A stretch of DNA of 64,000 nucleotides from Eledone cirrhosa (lineage: Eukaryota), in contig OZ024741.1 of NCBI GenBank assembly GCA_964016885.1, positions 26,722,001-26,786,000 of the forward strand, read 5' to 3'. A program made the translations under genes and the position numbers. Position 1 is the first letter of the stretch, and each line of letters begins with the position of its first letter. Under the pieces are notes generated by a model. The model was not told the DNA's origin. It was given only the letters and a program-made list of their open reading frames with translations, and searched no databases. Below, one piece after another: positions 27,972 through 39,381 of this stretch.

Positions 27972-28361
27972 ATTATAGTCATGTTTGTACTTTTCAAGAC
28001 TGTCTTGTTAATGTGGGTTCATATGGTACAGGATCTTCAGAGTTAAAATAAGTTCCGGAATCATTGCAATTATTAAAGTATTGAACTGTGATTTTCATAG
28101 ATTTCAGTTTGTCTTGTCTTTTGTTTCTCTTTCTTTGATCTGTTATTGTGAGTAAAATATCTCAGTTACTAGGGGTAGGGGTGAGGGAGGTTACTCAATG
28201 TTGGATCCTTTGTAGTCTATTGATCTCATTTCAACAGGTGTGCATATGGTGATTCATGCTATTGAGCTCAGGTGAAAGGAAGGGTCGCTTAGTAACCAGA
28301 ATTACTAAATAGCTGTCCTTGTAATGACTGTCTAGGTGTGGTGCTTAGGTTAGATTGAGTC

Positions 28362-28860
28362 ATCATCATCATCATCATCAACATCATTACCACAACTACC
28401 ATCACTGATTATTTTCTTTCAGCAGCTTCATCAATGTTACAACAGCTTTCCCATCAACAGCACCACCAACATCACCAACACCAGCACCATCAACAACACC
28501 AACAACAGCAACACCACCAACACCATCACCAACACCACCAACACCACCACCAACACCAGCAACACCATCACCAACACCACCAACATCACCAACACCAGCA
28601 ACACCATCACCAACACCAGCAACACCATCACCAACACCAGCAACACTGTCATCAATGCCACCAACATGATCACCAACATCACTATCAACACCACTAACAC
28701 AACCACCACCATCACCACCACCACCACCAACAACAACAACACCACCACCAATACCATCAACACCACCATGACCAACACCACCAACACTGTCACCAATGCC
28801 ACCAACATGATCACCAACATCACTATCAACACCACCAACACCACCATCACCACCACCACC

Positions 28861-28891
<31 letters not shown>

Positions 28892-29152
28892 CCACCATCA
28901 CCAACACCACCAACACCATCAACATCACCAACACCACCAACACCATCACCAACACCAGCAACACCATCACCAACACCACCAACACCGTCACCAATGCCAC
29001 CAACATGATCACCAACATCACTAACACAACCACCACCACCAACAACAACAACACCACCAACATGATCACCAACATCACTATCAACATCACTAACACAACC
29101 ACCAACACCACCACCACCTTCACCACCACCACCAGTGTCAACAACAATAACC
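28362..29152. repeat. CAC/CAA/CAT compound trinucleotide tract
   Basis: Direct reading. Confidence 0.9.
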
Positions 29153-29279
29153 ACTATAGGATAATAGGAAAATGGGAAGTGTCAGCAACAGGTTACCAAT
29201 TCTTCTTCCATAGATACCAATATAGTTCCAATAGTTGTAACATTGTCACCATTAACAATGCTGCCTCCCACCACTTCTC

Positions 29280-29341
<62 letters not shown>

Positions 29342-29394
29342 CCTCTCTCTCTCTCTCTCTCTATCCCATAATGAATGCCTGTGTATGCCTATAT

Positions 29395-30092
29395 AATAAT
29401 AATGAAAATTATTGTATACAATGCTCAGGGGCACTACAGCTCATCAAAGGGGCATGTATAGTACATAGAACAATGGTTTCTGATTTAGGCACAAGGCAAC
29501 AATATTTGAGGAAGGGAAAGCCAATTAAATCAACGCCGGTGCATTACTGGTACTTTATTTTATCAACCCCGTACGAATGAAAGGCATTTATACATAGAAT
29601 AATGTAGAAATGCCAGGAAAGTGAACAGTGCATGAGTCATGATATACACACAGACACATGCGTGCATGTGAATGGAGGGAGAATAGGCAAATATGTTGGC
29701 AAATTTCGGGAAGCATGGAATATTTAAAGGATGCAGTGTTCCAACAGCTAACAACCGATGCAGGTAGTTTGTTCCATGCTTCAGCAACTCTGAGTGTGAA
29801 AAAATGTTTCCGAAAGTCATGGGAGCTGTGCTGTTTTCTGACTTTGTAAGCATGTCCATGAGTGTTAGACACATGGAATTCTAAAAGATGCTCAGGGTTG
29901 TTGTTGGCAAGATGGTTAATAATTTTGTGGTCAGTTGCCAGATGTCGGAGCTTTCATGTATCCATGCGCAGGGAACCAAGGCATTCAGAATATGGTAGAT
30001 GGAGGGTATTTGTTTGGTTGCACATCTCTGAATAGTTTCCAGGAGATCAATATTCTGAGCAAGATAGGGGTTCGAGACTGGTGATGCAAATT
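29395..30092 (-). mobile_element. CR1-like family 2, 3' end, interrupted by a SINE A fragment (about 29470-29588)
   Basis: Reverse complement of about 54105-54690 (FASPVSNPYLAQNIDLLE..HFFTLRVAEAWNKLP); tail aataataatgaaaattattgtatacaatgctcagg at 29395. Confidence 0.82.
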
Positions 30093-30137
30093 CTAAGTAT
30101 ATATGTTTGTGTGTGTTTGCATATTTGTGTGTGTGTG

Positions 30138-30272
30138 TGAATGAGTTCATATGAATGAAAAAGTTCCTGTCATGTAGAAGCGATTTCTATATTAAATTTT
30201 GATGTTTTCACTCTACTAATGTATTGAGTACCTTATTTATAGTGGCTACCCTCGATTTAACTTGGGATCTAC
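30138..30272 (+). mobile_element. Second decayed copy of the hammerhead-bearing element at 10371
   Basis: atgagttcatatgaatgaaaaagttcctgtcatgtagaag..ctctactaatgtattgagtacctt aligns with 10381-10474. Confidence 0.55.
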
Positions 30273-30279
30273 ATATATA

Positions 30280-30475
30280 TATAATTGTTTCTAGTTTTGG
30301 CACAAGGCCAGTAATTACGCCAGTGCATTACTGGTACTTTATTTTATTAACCCTGTAAGGATGAAAGTCAAAGTTAACCTCGGCAGGATTTGAGCTCAGA
30401 ACGTAAAGGGCCATAGCTCTATGATGCAAAGTATGGTGTCTGACCCTCTACCGATACTGCCAATCCACTGCCCCT
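30280..30475 (-). mobile_element. SINE family A
   Basis: Full-length reverse copy ending gccaatccactgccc. Confidence 0.85.
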
Positions 30476-30527
30476 ATATATAATATATAATAATAATAAT
30501 AATATATTTATATGCATATAACATATA

Positions 30528-31353
30528 TGTATGATGCCTGTATTCGATCAGCAATGTTACATGGCAGTGAGACATGGGCCTTGTGTGCAGAGGACCTGCG
30601 CAGACTGGAAAGGAACGAAGCATGCATGCTCCATTGGATGTGTAATAGTAATATACGTGAACGGCAAAACATAAATGAATTAACTGAGAAATTAGGAATA
30701 AGGGGGATCAGATGCTGTTTACTTGAGAGAAGACTACGTTGGTATGGTCACATGATGCGCATGAAAGACGACAGCTGTATAAAAAAGTGCAGGGCGATCA
30801 AAATTGATGGAAGTTACGGAGTAGGTAGACCCAGAAAAACCTGGGACAATTTGATAAATTCTGACCTTACACACTTACACCTCTCCAAGACAATGTCACT
30901 GGACCGAGATCTTTGGTGCTTCACAGTAATACAGAAGACCCGCCTTGCCTATGTACAAAACGAAACCTACAGTCAGTATTAACCAAATATACACCCCAAT
31001 CCACTACCCCTACCCTATCCTACCACTCCCACCAACACCACCCTCTCTCTGTAAAGTTGGTACCACAACATCCAGTCCAAATTATTGAGATAATGAGATC
31101 GAGATCGTGTAGGTGTCACAACAAAAAAACACACAGTCCACGCTGTAATGTGGCCGTGTAGGTAACATGGTAAAAAGATCCCAGTCCACACTGTAAATGT
31201 GGTTGGTGTTAGGAAGGGCATCCAGCCGTAGAAAACCTGCCAGATAGTCCTATATGAGCGAGACACGGTCACCTGACCAATCTTGCCTCAAGTGGGACAA
31301 TTTCCGTCTAACCCATGCTAGCGTGGAAGATGGACGTTAAACGATGATGATGA
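30528..31353 (+). mobile_element. RTE 3' end with (GAT)n tail
   Basis: ORF 30512-30982 YDACIRSAMLHGSETW..GRPRKTW; full 3' UTR. Confidence 0.9.
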
Positions 31354-31847
31354 TATGCATATATATCTGCATATGTAAATATATATATAGACAGATATAT
31401 GTATATACATATATAAGAATATATACTTGTATGTATATATATGTATTTGAATATGCACATAAACTATACATCCCCCATACATACGCATATATAACATATA
31501 TATATATCTCATATAAATGTCTGTGCATGAGTATATTTTTAGTAGTTGTATGGCTCTCTCTTTCTACACACACATGTAAGTGGAAGATGTGTACATATGT
31601 ATATATACATGTATATATATATGTATGCATGTATTTATATAATACATGTATGTATATATATACATGCATGTATGTGTTCGTGTGTGTAAATGTTTTATTA
31701 GAATATAGATGATAGATTTATAGTTGTTGAGAACATTAAGCTGGATATAACCAGTAAATGTCTTGCTAAATATGTCATTTACATTCTTACAACAATAGAG
31801 ACGAATAAAATTATATAGACCTGTTAATGTTGCTATTGGATATTTAC

Positions 31848-32063
31848 TTTATTTTGGTGGTCCCTTGTTATATTACAGGACATTGTAGAGTTTGGGTACC
31901 CTATTGTTAGCCCTTTATTTTGGTGGTCCCTTGTTATATTACAGGATATTGTAGAGTTTGGGGACCCTATTGTTAACCCTTTATTTTGGTAGGCCCTTGT
32001 TATATTACAGAACATTGTAGAGTCTGGGGACCTTATAGTTAATCCCTTTATTTTGGTGGTCCC
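31848..32063. repeat. 66-bp tandem repeat, about 3.3 copies
   Basis: tttattttggt recurs at 31848, 31914, 31980 and about 32046. Confidence 0.9.
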
Positions 32064-32138
32064 TGCCTTGTTTTACATGGACCCTGTAAAATTAGTGAAA
32101 CAGCAACAAGTATGTAATAAGCTTGAGGACTCCTAACA

Positions 32139-32387
32139 TTAACCCTTTCAACACCAATCCAACTAAAACCATCTCTATTAAAATATTCAAATTTAAATTA
32201 AAATCTTGAATTGTAAATATGTCCTGTAAATATAAAATTTCAGAATATTTGTCTTTACTCTTAATTTGAAAGTTATTTCACTAAAGATCTCATAATTCAT
32301 GATTATTTTTATAATTAATTCACAATTTTATAGTTAATTCACGAAAGCTGTATATTTTTGTTAGAAATGTTGTTACAAAATGGTTAA
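32139..32387. mobile_element. TTAA-flanked MITE-like element (family 2)
   Basis: ttaaccctttc...aaaatggttaa ends; related reverse copy at 43114-43342. Confidence 0.5.
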
Positions 32388-32879
32388 AACAGAAATAAGA
32401 AATCTCTTGGTTGACAAAACCTGATAGGAGGCCAGCTAAACCTGTTCAGATATGTTGCTATAACAACACCAATAACAAACAAATTAAATGCACATCAGTT
32501 TGGTTTGTCTGAAAGTCTCTGGATTAGGGTGCAAAGGAATTTTGAAATATATATATATAAAATAATATATAAAAAATAATATAACATTGACTCAATGTGT
32601 AAATCAAGTATTTCCAACCTTTTGAGGTCATCTACCTCTTCATGGAATACCTGATCCCTCATTGATGATGTGTACAAAAGTAAAAAAGTAAATAAATATA
32701 TCTAGAAACAGAGTCATCATCATTTCATCATCATCGTCATCATTGTTTAACGTCTTATTTTCCATGAGTCAGATGGGTCGTCTGTTTCTATTTGAGTATA
32801 TATAGTATATATAATTTACGTTATAAATCACAAACCTGAGTAAGTTGTAATTTATTGTAATATTTTATGGCAATGGGCA

Positions 32880-33095
32880 GTTCATTAGCAGTATTGGTAG
32901 AGTGTCGGACAACACGTTTGTGGCATAGAGTTACAGCCCTTTATATTCTGAGTTCAAATCCCGCTGAGGTTAACTTTGCTTTTCATCCTTCCGGGGTCGA
33001 TAAAATAAAGTTCCAGCAATGCACTGGGGTAGATTTAATCGACTTTCTCCTCCCATAAATTGTTGGCCTTGTGCCTAAATCAGAAACCATTATTT
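32880..33095 (+). mobile_element. SINE family A
   Basis: B-box gagttcaaatccc plus core and tail. Confidence 0.85.
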
Positions 33096-33517
33096 TATGT
33101 ATTTGCACTTGTTATACAAATGTTGTTCAGGTTTTGGCACAAAGGTTCTAGCGACCCTCGGAATTCAATTTGGAAACCTCTAGTCTAAATATCCAAGATA
33201 TTGTTAAGGAGATTAACATATTTCCAACTATTTATTCTTAGAGAAATGAAACATTCTTTAAATATTTAGTTACACTACTTTCTAATCAGTTTCATTATCG
33301 AAAGTTATCAAATCTTTTATTCCTTGATATATATTAAGTACCTTTATTTTCAAACTAAAGGTAATACCTTTCTTATCCACTAGGCTATCACTGATTATAT
33401 GTTTGTGTCAGTGACCTATGAAAACATAGTGTACATGTAAATATTTATACCTAAAGACAAGGTTAATCAGAAATATTGTAATCCTATTAAGATATTTTAC
33501 ATTTATAGGCTTTTAGT

Positions 33518-33760
33518 TATCACAGACATAACTGCTCCATCTCAGACATAACTACTCTAGTAAAGTAAGTGAAGCTCTATCAGACATAACTATTCCACCA
33601 CTGACATAACTACTCTATCACAGACATAACTACTCTAGTAAAGTAAATGAAGCTCTATTACAGACATAACTACTCTAGTAAAGTAAGTGAAGCTCTATCA
33701 CAGACATAACTACTCCACCACAGACATAACTACTCTAGTAAAGTAAGTGAATTTCCATCA
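33518..33760. repeat. 20/40-bp minisatellite (cagacataactactct...)
   Basis: cagacataactact recurs at 20- or 40-bp spacing. Confidence 0.85.
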
Positions 33761-33906
33761 GGTTCAATGATGAGTAGATAGCTCAGTTGTTAGATCAACT
33801 TGCCCAAGATGCCACACAATAAAATCAAACCCAGACCCTAAACTTTGACTGGGGTAATACAACAAAATCTAAAAAGAAACTTCATTAGTGCAGCTGAGTC
33901 ACAGTT

Positions 33907-34242
33907 GATGTACTCTGATGTGTTTATCAGATGACCAAGAGATGTACTCTGTTTGATGTGTTTATCTGGAGACAAAGAGATGTACTCTGTCTGATGTATT
34001 TATCAGATGACAAAGAGATATACTCTGTTTGATGTGTTTATCAGATGACAAAGAGTTGTACTCTGTTTGATGTGTTTATCAGATGACCAAGAGATGTACT
34101 CTGTTGATGTATTTATCAGATGACCAAGAGATGTACTCTGTTTGATGTGTTTATCTGGGGACAAAGAGATATACTCTGTTTGATGTGTTTATCAGATGAC
34201 AAAGAGATGTACTCTGTTTGATGTGTTTATCTGGAGACAAAG
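33907..34242. repeat. 38-bp minisatellite, about 9 copies (gatgtactctgtttgatgtgtttatcagatgacaaaga)
   Basis: Period 33941 to 33979. Confidence 0.9.
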
Positions 34243-34279
34243 GGCTGCAACAAGATTTCATCTCATCTCAGCTGATTTC

Positions 34280-34600
34280 CAATCAAACCTGGAAACGAAC
34301 TATTGTCTTCTTCCACCATCACTGTTCGTATTTCCAGTCTTTAGACAAGTGTCTTTATAAAGTATAGTGGTTTGCCTCCCACAGTTTAACCACCCAATTA
34401 TTAGCTGCCATAGCTTTGCGGCTATTTCTTCAAGATTAGCAGCTTTGAGGCTATTTCTTCAAGATGTTTCACATGGTGACCTGCCAAACACAATCTTTGC
34501 TGAGCTATATTTTCAGTTAACTTTGCCTGACCATTATAAAGTTCTGTTGGTGGTGTCTTCCAAGTGATGTTATGAACAACCATCTGCTTTAAAATTTGCA
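34280..34600 (-). mobile_element. Old RTE-type LINE C-terminal fragment
   Basis: NITWKTPPTELY..QRLCLAGHHVKHLEEIASKLLI resembles the RRLRLAGH C-terminus. Confidence 0.55.
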
Positions 34601-34641
34601 AAGGATATAATGTTAATGTTGATGATGATGATGATGACAAC

Positions 34642-34983
34642 TACTCTTGGGTCTCGAATAATGCCCTCCCCTCCCTGCTTATTAATTTGTTCAGATGTTT
34701 TCCTCCCCCCAGTGGTAACATTCCTGTGACAATTAATTTCCTTTAAAAAACATTATACATGACAAAAAAAAGTACATTACTAGAAATCCCATATGTTATA
34801 AAATAAATAGGATGGGTTGGGGTCTCAAGATGTAAACTAAACGACTAATTCTGGTTTTAAAAAAACCCCAGATAATCTAGAAATATTACTTTGCAGCCCT
34901 CTGTTTATTCCAATCCCCCACTTATTCGACCCCCCCCCCCCTGCTTATTCCAAAGCTCCCCTATTATTTGGGACCTGAGAGTA
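34642..34983. mobile_element. TA-flanked MITE (same family as 27634)
   Basis: tactcttgggtctcgaataat / attatttgggacctgagagta terminal inverted repeats. Confidence 0.75.
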
Positions 34984-35104
34984 CAATGAAAAGTTAGGCA
35001 TGAAAAATCAAAATGTCACTTATCAGTGCAACAACAATGGTAATAATGATATCCCTCCTCTGAATACAACAACATCAACAACGACCCCTGTGTCTAGAGT
35101 TTAA

Positions 35105-35315
35105 TATTGATTTCTAATTTAAGCTCAAAGCTAGAAAATTTGGAGGATGAGTAAAGTTGATTAAATCAACTCCAGTACTTGACTGGTACATTATTTTATT
35201 GACCCCAGAAGAACGAAAGGCAAAGTTCATCTCAGTGGGATTTGAACTCAGAATGTAAAGAACCAAAACAAATACCATTTTATCTGACACTACCAATTCT
35301 ACCAATCCACTCCTC
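35105..35315 (-). mobile_element. SINE family A (diverged)
   Basis: gggatttgaactcagaat, gactggtac..tattttattgacccc. Confidence 0.75.
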
Positions 35316-36182
35316 TTTTTAATCAGAGATTGAAATCAACTACCAAAACATAGCAACATGTTCACCATTCCACACGGCCACTCACACACCAACATATCCA
35401 GAGTTTAATATCAAAAATCAAACTCATTATTCCATATACATATTCATGCATGTCATGTGTTTTTATTTCTGGCATATATTGACCAGGACCAAGACCAGTT
35501 TTAATTAGTTTCGTAGTAGCCAGCTGTTGCTGATATTCTTGGTGTAAAAATTTCTGTTTTACCATCCAGTCAATAATAAATAAAACTACAGTGCAGCTGT
35601 CTCAAATATTCATATATTTTGCTGCAACAGGCAGTGGAGAAAACTACTTTCATAAATCTTAATAGAAACATGACTGAATAATTTTTATCTCCTTCACTAG
35701 AGAGTTCTTTTTCTAGTCTTCATTTTTATTACAATTTAAGTCAGTTTCTTTTTCGTTATATATCTTTTTTTTTTATCTCTATTTCATTAATTGTTGTTAT
35801 TATTTTTATTATTATCATCATCATCATTGCTGTTGCAGTTGGTGGTGTTGCATTAATGTTTAAATTTGTCTTTTTTGTTTCATTTTTATTTTTTATTTTT
35901 GCTATTTTCCATAAGAGTTTCTCTATAACTCACCGTATTTTGTTTGTCAATACAAATTAATTTCTATTAGTTAGGATTTGTATCCAAATCTATCGATCGG
36001 TCATTGCTTGCTTTTTGATGGAAAATGTCAATAAGGCTCGTTTCCATGCCATCTATCCATTTCTATTTTTTTTATATAGTTTCTTTGTCCAACCTCATCT
36101 TTGTCATACAACTATTCAGCTATAATATAGCTGACATTTACTGCTTGTTGATCAACTTCTGTCTCTTAGCAATTGAACCAGT

Positions 36183-36218
36183 TATATATATGTATATATA
36201 TATATGTATATATATATG

Positions 36219-36287
<69 letters not shown>

Positions 36288-36310
36288 GTATATATATATG
36301 TATATATATG

Positions 36311-36359
<49 letters not shown>

Positions 36360-36478
36360 GTATATATATATATGTATATATATATATGTATATATATATA
36401 TATGTATATATATATACGTATATATATGTATATATATATATGTATATGTATATATATATGTATATGTATATGTATATA

Positions 36479-36513
<35 letters not shown>

Positions 36514-36727
36514 ATATATATGTATATATATATATGTACATACATATGTATATATATATATATGTATATATATATATGTACATACATATGTATATATATA
36601 TATATATATATACATATATATACATATGTATGTAAATATATATATATATTTACATATGTACATACATATGTATATATATATATATATTTACATACATATG
36701 TATATATATGTATATGTACATACATAC

Positions 36728-36766
<39 letters not shown>

Positions 36767-36777
36767 CATATATATAT
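36183..36777. repeat. (TA)n/TATG microsatellite
   Basis: Direct reading. Confidence 0.95.
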
Positions 36778-36934
36778 CATCATCATCATTTTTCCATTCG
36801 TTCTTCTGCGCTTGCATATATATATATATATAAACACACACTTACATACATATATGTGTGTATATTTACATACGTCACAGTCTAGCCTTTTTGTCTGTCT
36901 GTCTCACTACTTGAATGTCATCTGTCTGTTTATA

Positions 36935-37100
36935 AGGCAAATTGTCAGAATCTTTAGAATATTCAATAAAATGCTTTGCAGTATTTGTTTCGGCTTTCTG
37001 CACTCTGAGTTTCTGAGTTCAAACCCCATTGAGGTCAACTTTATCTTTCATCTTTTCAAGGTTGATATGTAAAGTCCCAGTCAAGTATTGGGGTCGATTC
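36935..37100 (+). mobile_element. SINE family A (diverged)
   Basis: ttctgagttcaaacccc..gaggtcaactttatctttcatc. Confidence 0.65.
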
Positions 37101-37239
37101 TACATCTCTCTCTCTCCCTATATATATATATTTTTTTTTTTTTTTTACTATATATAATATATATATTAGAAAGTGAGGTTTTTTTTACAAAATGAAAAAA
37201 AAACGAGATGTCATACATGAGTAAAAGTATAAGGAAAAC

Positions 37240-37420
37240 AGATGAAATCGAAAATGCAACTGGAGTCTTTTTAAAAAAAATATATATTTATTTAGTTCCT
37301 TTACTGGTTTCGCAGTGCTTCTGCTTTTCAAAAGTCGAATTGAGATGGAGGGTTTGTAAAGGAACCAAATAAATATATATTTTTTTAAAAAAGACTCCAG
37401 TTGCATTTTCGATTTCATCT
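37240..37420. repeat. Inverted repeat with 65-bp arms (37240-37304, 37356-37420) and 51-bp spacer
   Basis: agatgaaatcgaaaatgcaactggagtc..cctttac / gtaaagg..gactccagttgcattttcgatttcatct. Confidence 0.9.
37298..37336 (-). ncRNA. Minimal hammerhead motif, U3-A8 core variant
   Basis: Minus strand: ctt-TTGAAAA-gcag aagca ctgc-GAAA-ccag-TA-aag. Confidence 0.5.
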
Positions 37421-37431
37421 TTTTTTTTTCC

Positions 37432-37551
<120 letters not shown>

Positions 37552-37699
37552 AATCGTTTTTTACAAAAGCGATATAAAAACTGAAAAGAAGATGTTGTGT
37601 AGCTCACACCTACGTAGGTTTCACCAATCTTCTACGTACGTTATTGCACCTCATTGGAGGTTTCTTGGATATTTTATTGATAGGGGTTCTTTGGACTAA

Positions 37700-38045
37700 T
37701 GTCACTCAACAGAGTGTGTAGCTCAGAGATGAGAGAGCCACTCCAGGTAAAGCCATTACTTCTCCAAATTGAGAGATCACAGCTCCGATACTATGAGCAT
37801 GTGGTTAGAATGTAACAGGAAAGAATCGCTGGACAGATTTTACAGGCAAAACCAACCGGCAGGAGACCCAGGGGTAGACTCCGAGCAAGATGGTTGGATA
37901 ACATCCATGAGCTCAGCCAGTCACGCTTTGGGATCCTGTGGGATCAGTTGGAGATGGTTGCTTCTGATTGGACCTGTTGGAAGGTGTGTTTGAGGACTCT
38001 GCCCCGACAACCATCTCAGGAATAAGTGGGCAAAGAAGAAGAGGG
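37700..38045 (+). mobile_element. Rex3/Expander-like RTE 3' remnant (second copy)
   Basis: Aligns with 9735-10075 (gagagatcacagctccgata..ggttggataacatccatgagc). Confidence 0.8.
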
Positions 38046-38302
38046 GTTCCGGTCATATCATGTCTCCATTTTTGAAGTGACAGTAGGCAGGATTTGAACT
38101 TAGAATACCCATAGCTGAAATAGATATTTGCAAGACATCATATCTCCTTATTGAACCTGAAAAAATGAAAGGCAAGGTTGAGCTCAACAGGATTTGAACT
38201 TCTAGAGATGGAATGGTCAATACTGGAATGTATTTGATGAAAGGTCTGCTTAATGAGGGCTGACCTGTGGCTAAAGAACAACTACACTGACGCATAATAA
38301 CT

Positions 38303-38575
38303 TCTCTCGGCTCTCAAATAATCGCCCACCCCACTAATTAAGTTTTGCTAATCTATATCTGGCGAGGTTAATTTTCTTTACAAATTAAAAAACATTTTAC
38401 GTGACAAAAAAAAGTACATTACTATAAATCCCATGCATTATAAAATAAATGGGTTGGAGGTCTCAATATGTGAACTAAATGAGTAATTCTGGTTTTTAAA
38501 AAAAATCAGTTGAGACAACCTAGAAAAATTAGCAATTTTCCAACCCATACTCCTATTACTTGGGACCTGAGAGTA
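38303..38575. mobile_element. TA-flanked MITE (same family as 34642)
   Basis: tctctcggctctcaaataat / ttacttgggacctgagagta; internal match to 34760-34900. Confidence 0.72.
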
Positions 38576-39381
38576 ATACTTCATCTATCATACCAGCACC
38601 ATTACCAGGTTCTTATTACCTTTAGAGGTCCCCTTTGTTGCACACATTCAGGGGGATAAGTCTTCAATGAGGGAATAAGTAACTTGACATCTTGATAGGT
38701 TGCTCCCTACAGTAACAATCTAACTGAAAAACAAAACAAAAATAACAACAATAACAGCAGATATAATGGTTTCTGATTTAGGCACAAAGCCAACAATTTT
38801 GGGGAGAGAAGTTGATTCAATCAACCCCTGTACATGACTGGTACTTTATTTTATCGACCTCACCATAATAACAGCTGCTATAATAACAACATTAGTTAAA
38901 CAGGAAATACAATTTCAGTAAAAATTTAATGATTAAAAAAAATATATATATTTAATTATCTTTGTTAAAATTAATCTAAATTGTTTGATTAATTTTACAA
39001 TTTTCATTTCAATATTCCAAAAATTGTAATTTTCTACTTTTCACTATTGTTGGTCTGGGACATGTGTGTGTGTGTATGAATGACAATGTGTACATATGTG
39101 GGTGTGTGTATATGAGTCTGAATGACAATGTGTACATATGTGGGTGGGTGTATATGTGTGTCTGTGAGTGTGTGAATGATAATGTGTACATATGTGGGTG
39201 TGTGTATGAGTTTGTATATATGAGTGTGTATGTGTGTGTGAAAGAAAATGTGTACACATGTGAGTGTGTGTATGTATGTGTGAATACAAGCAATAGTTCT
39301 CTCCTTCCTTTCTCTATTTTATTCTTTCTATTACTATTTTCCTTTATTATTATTCTTCCTTTACATCTTTTCTAACCCCAC

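Noticed and set aside
33369-33416. 48-nt AG..GT-bounded segment on the minus strand
   Set aside because: Stops in all frames and a weak donor; expected by chance
35362-35565. 67-aa ORF with a GPGQY motif reminiscent of PG-rich repeat proteins
   Set aside because: Single short motif with no compatible splice sites
37601-37660. Additional hammerhead-like motif (minus strand; palindromic ACCTACGTAGGT after GAA)
   Set aside because: Core reads CCAATGA, the cleavage position is G and stem II does not pair; too decayed to call
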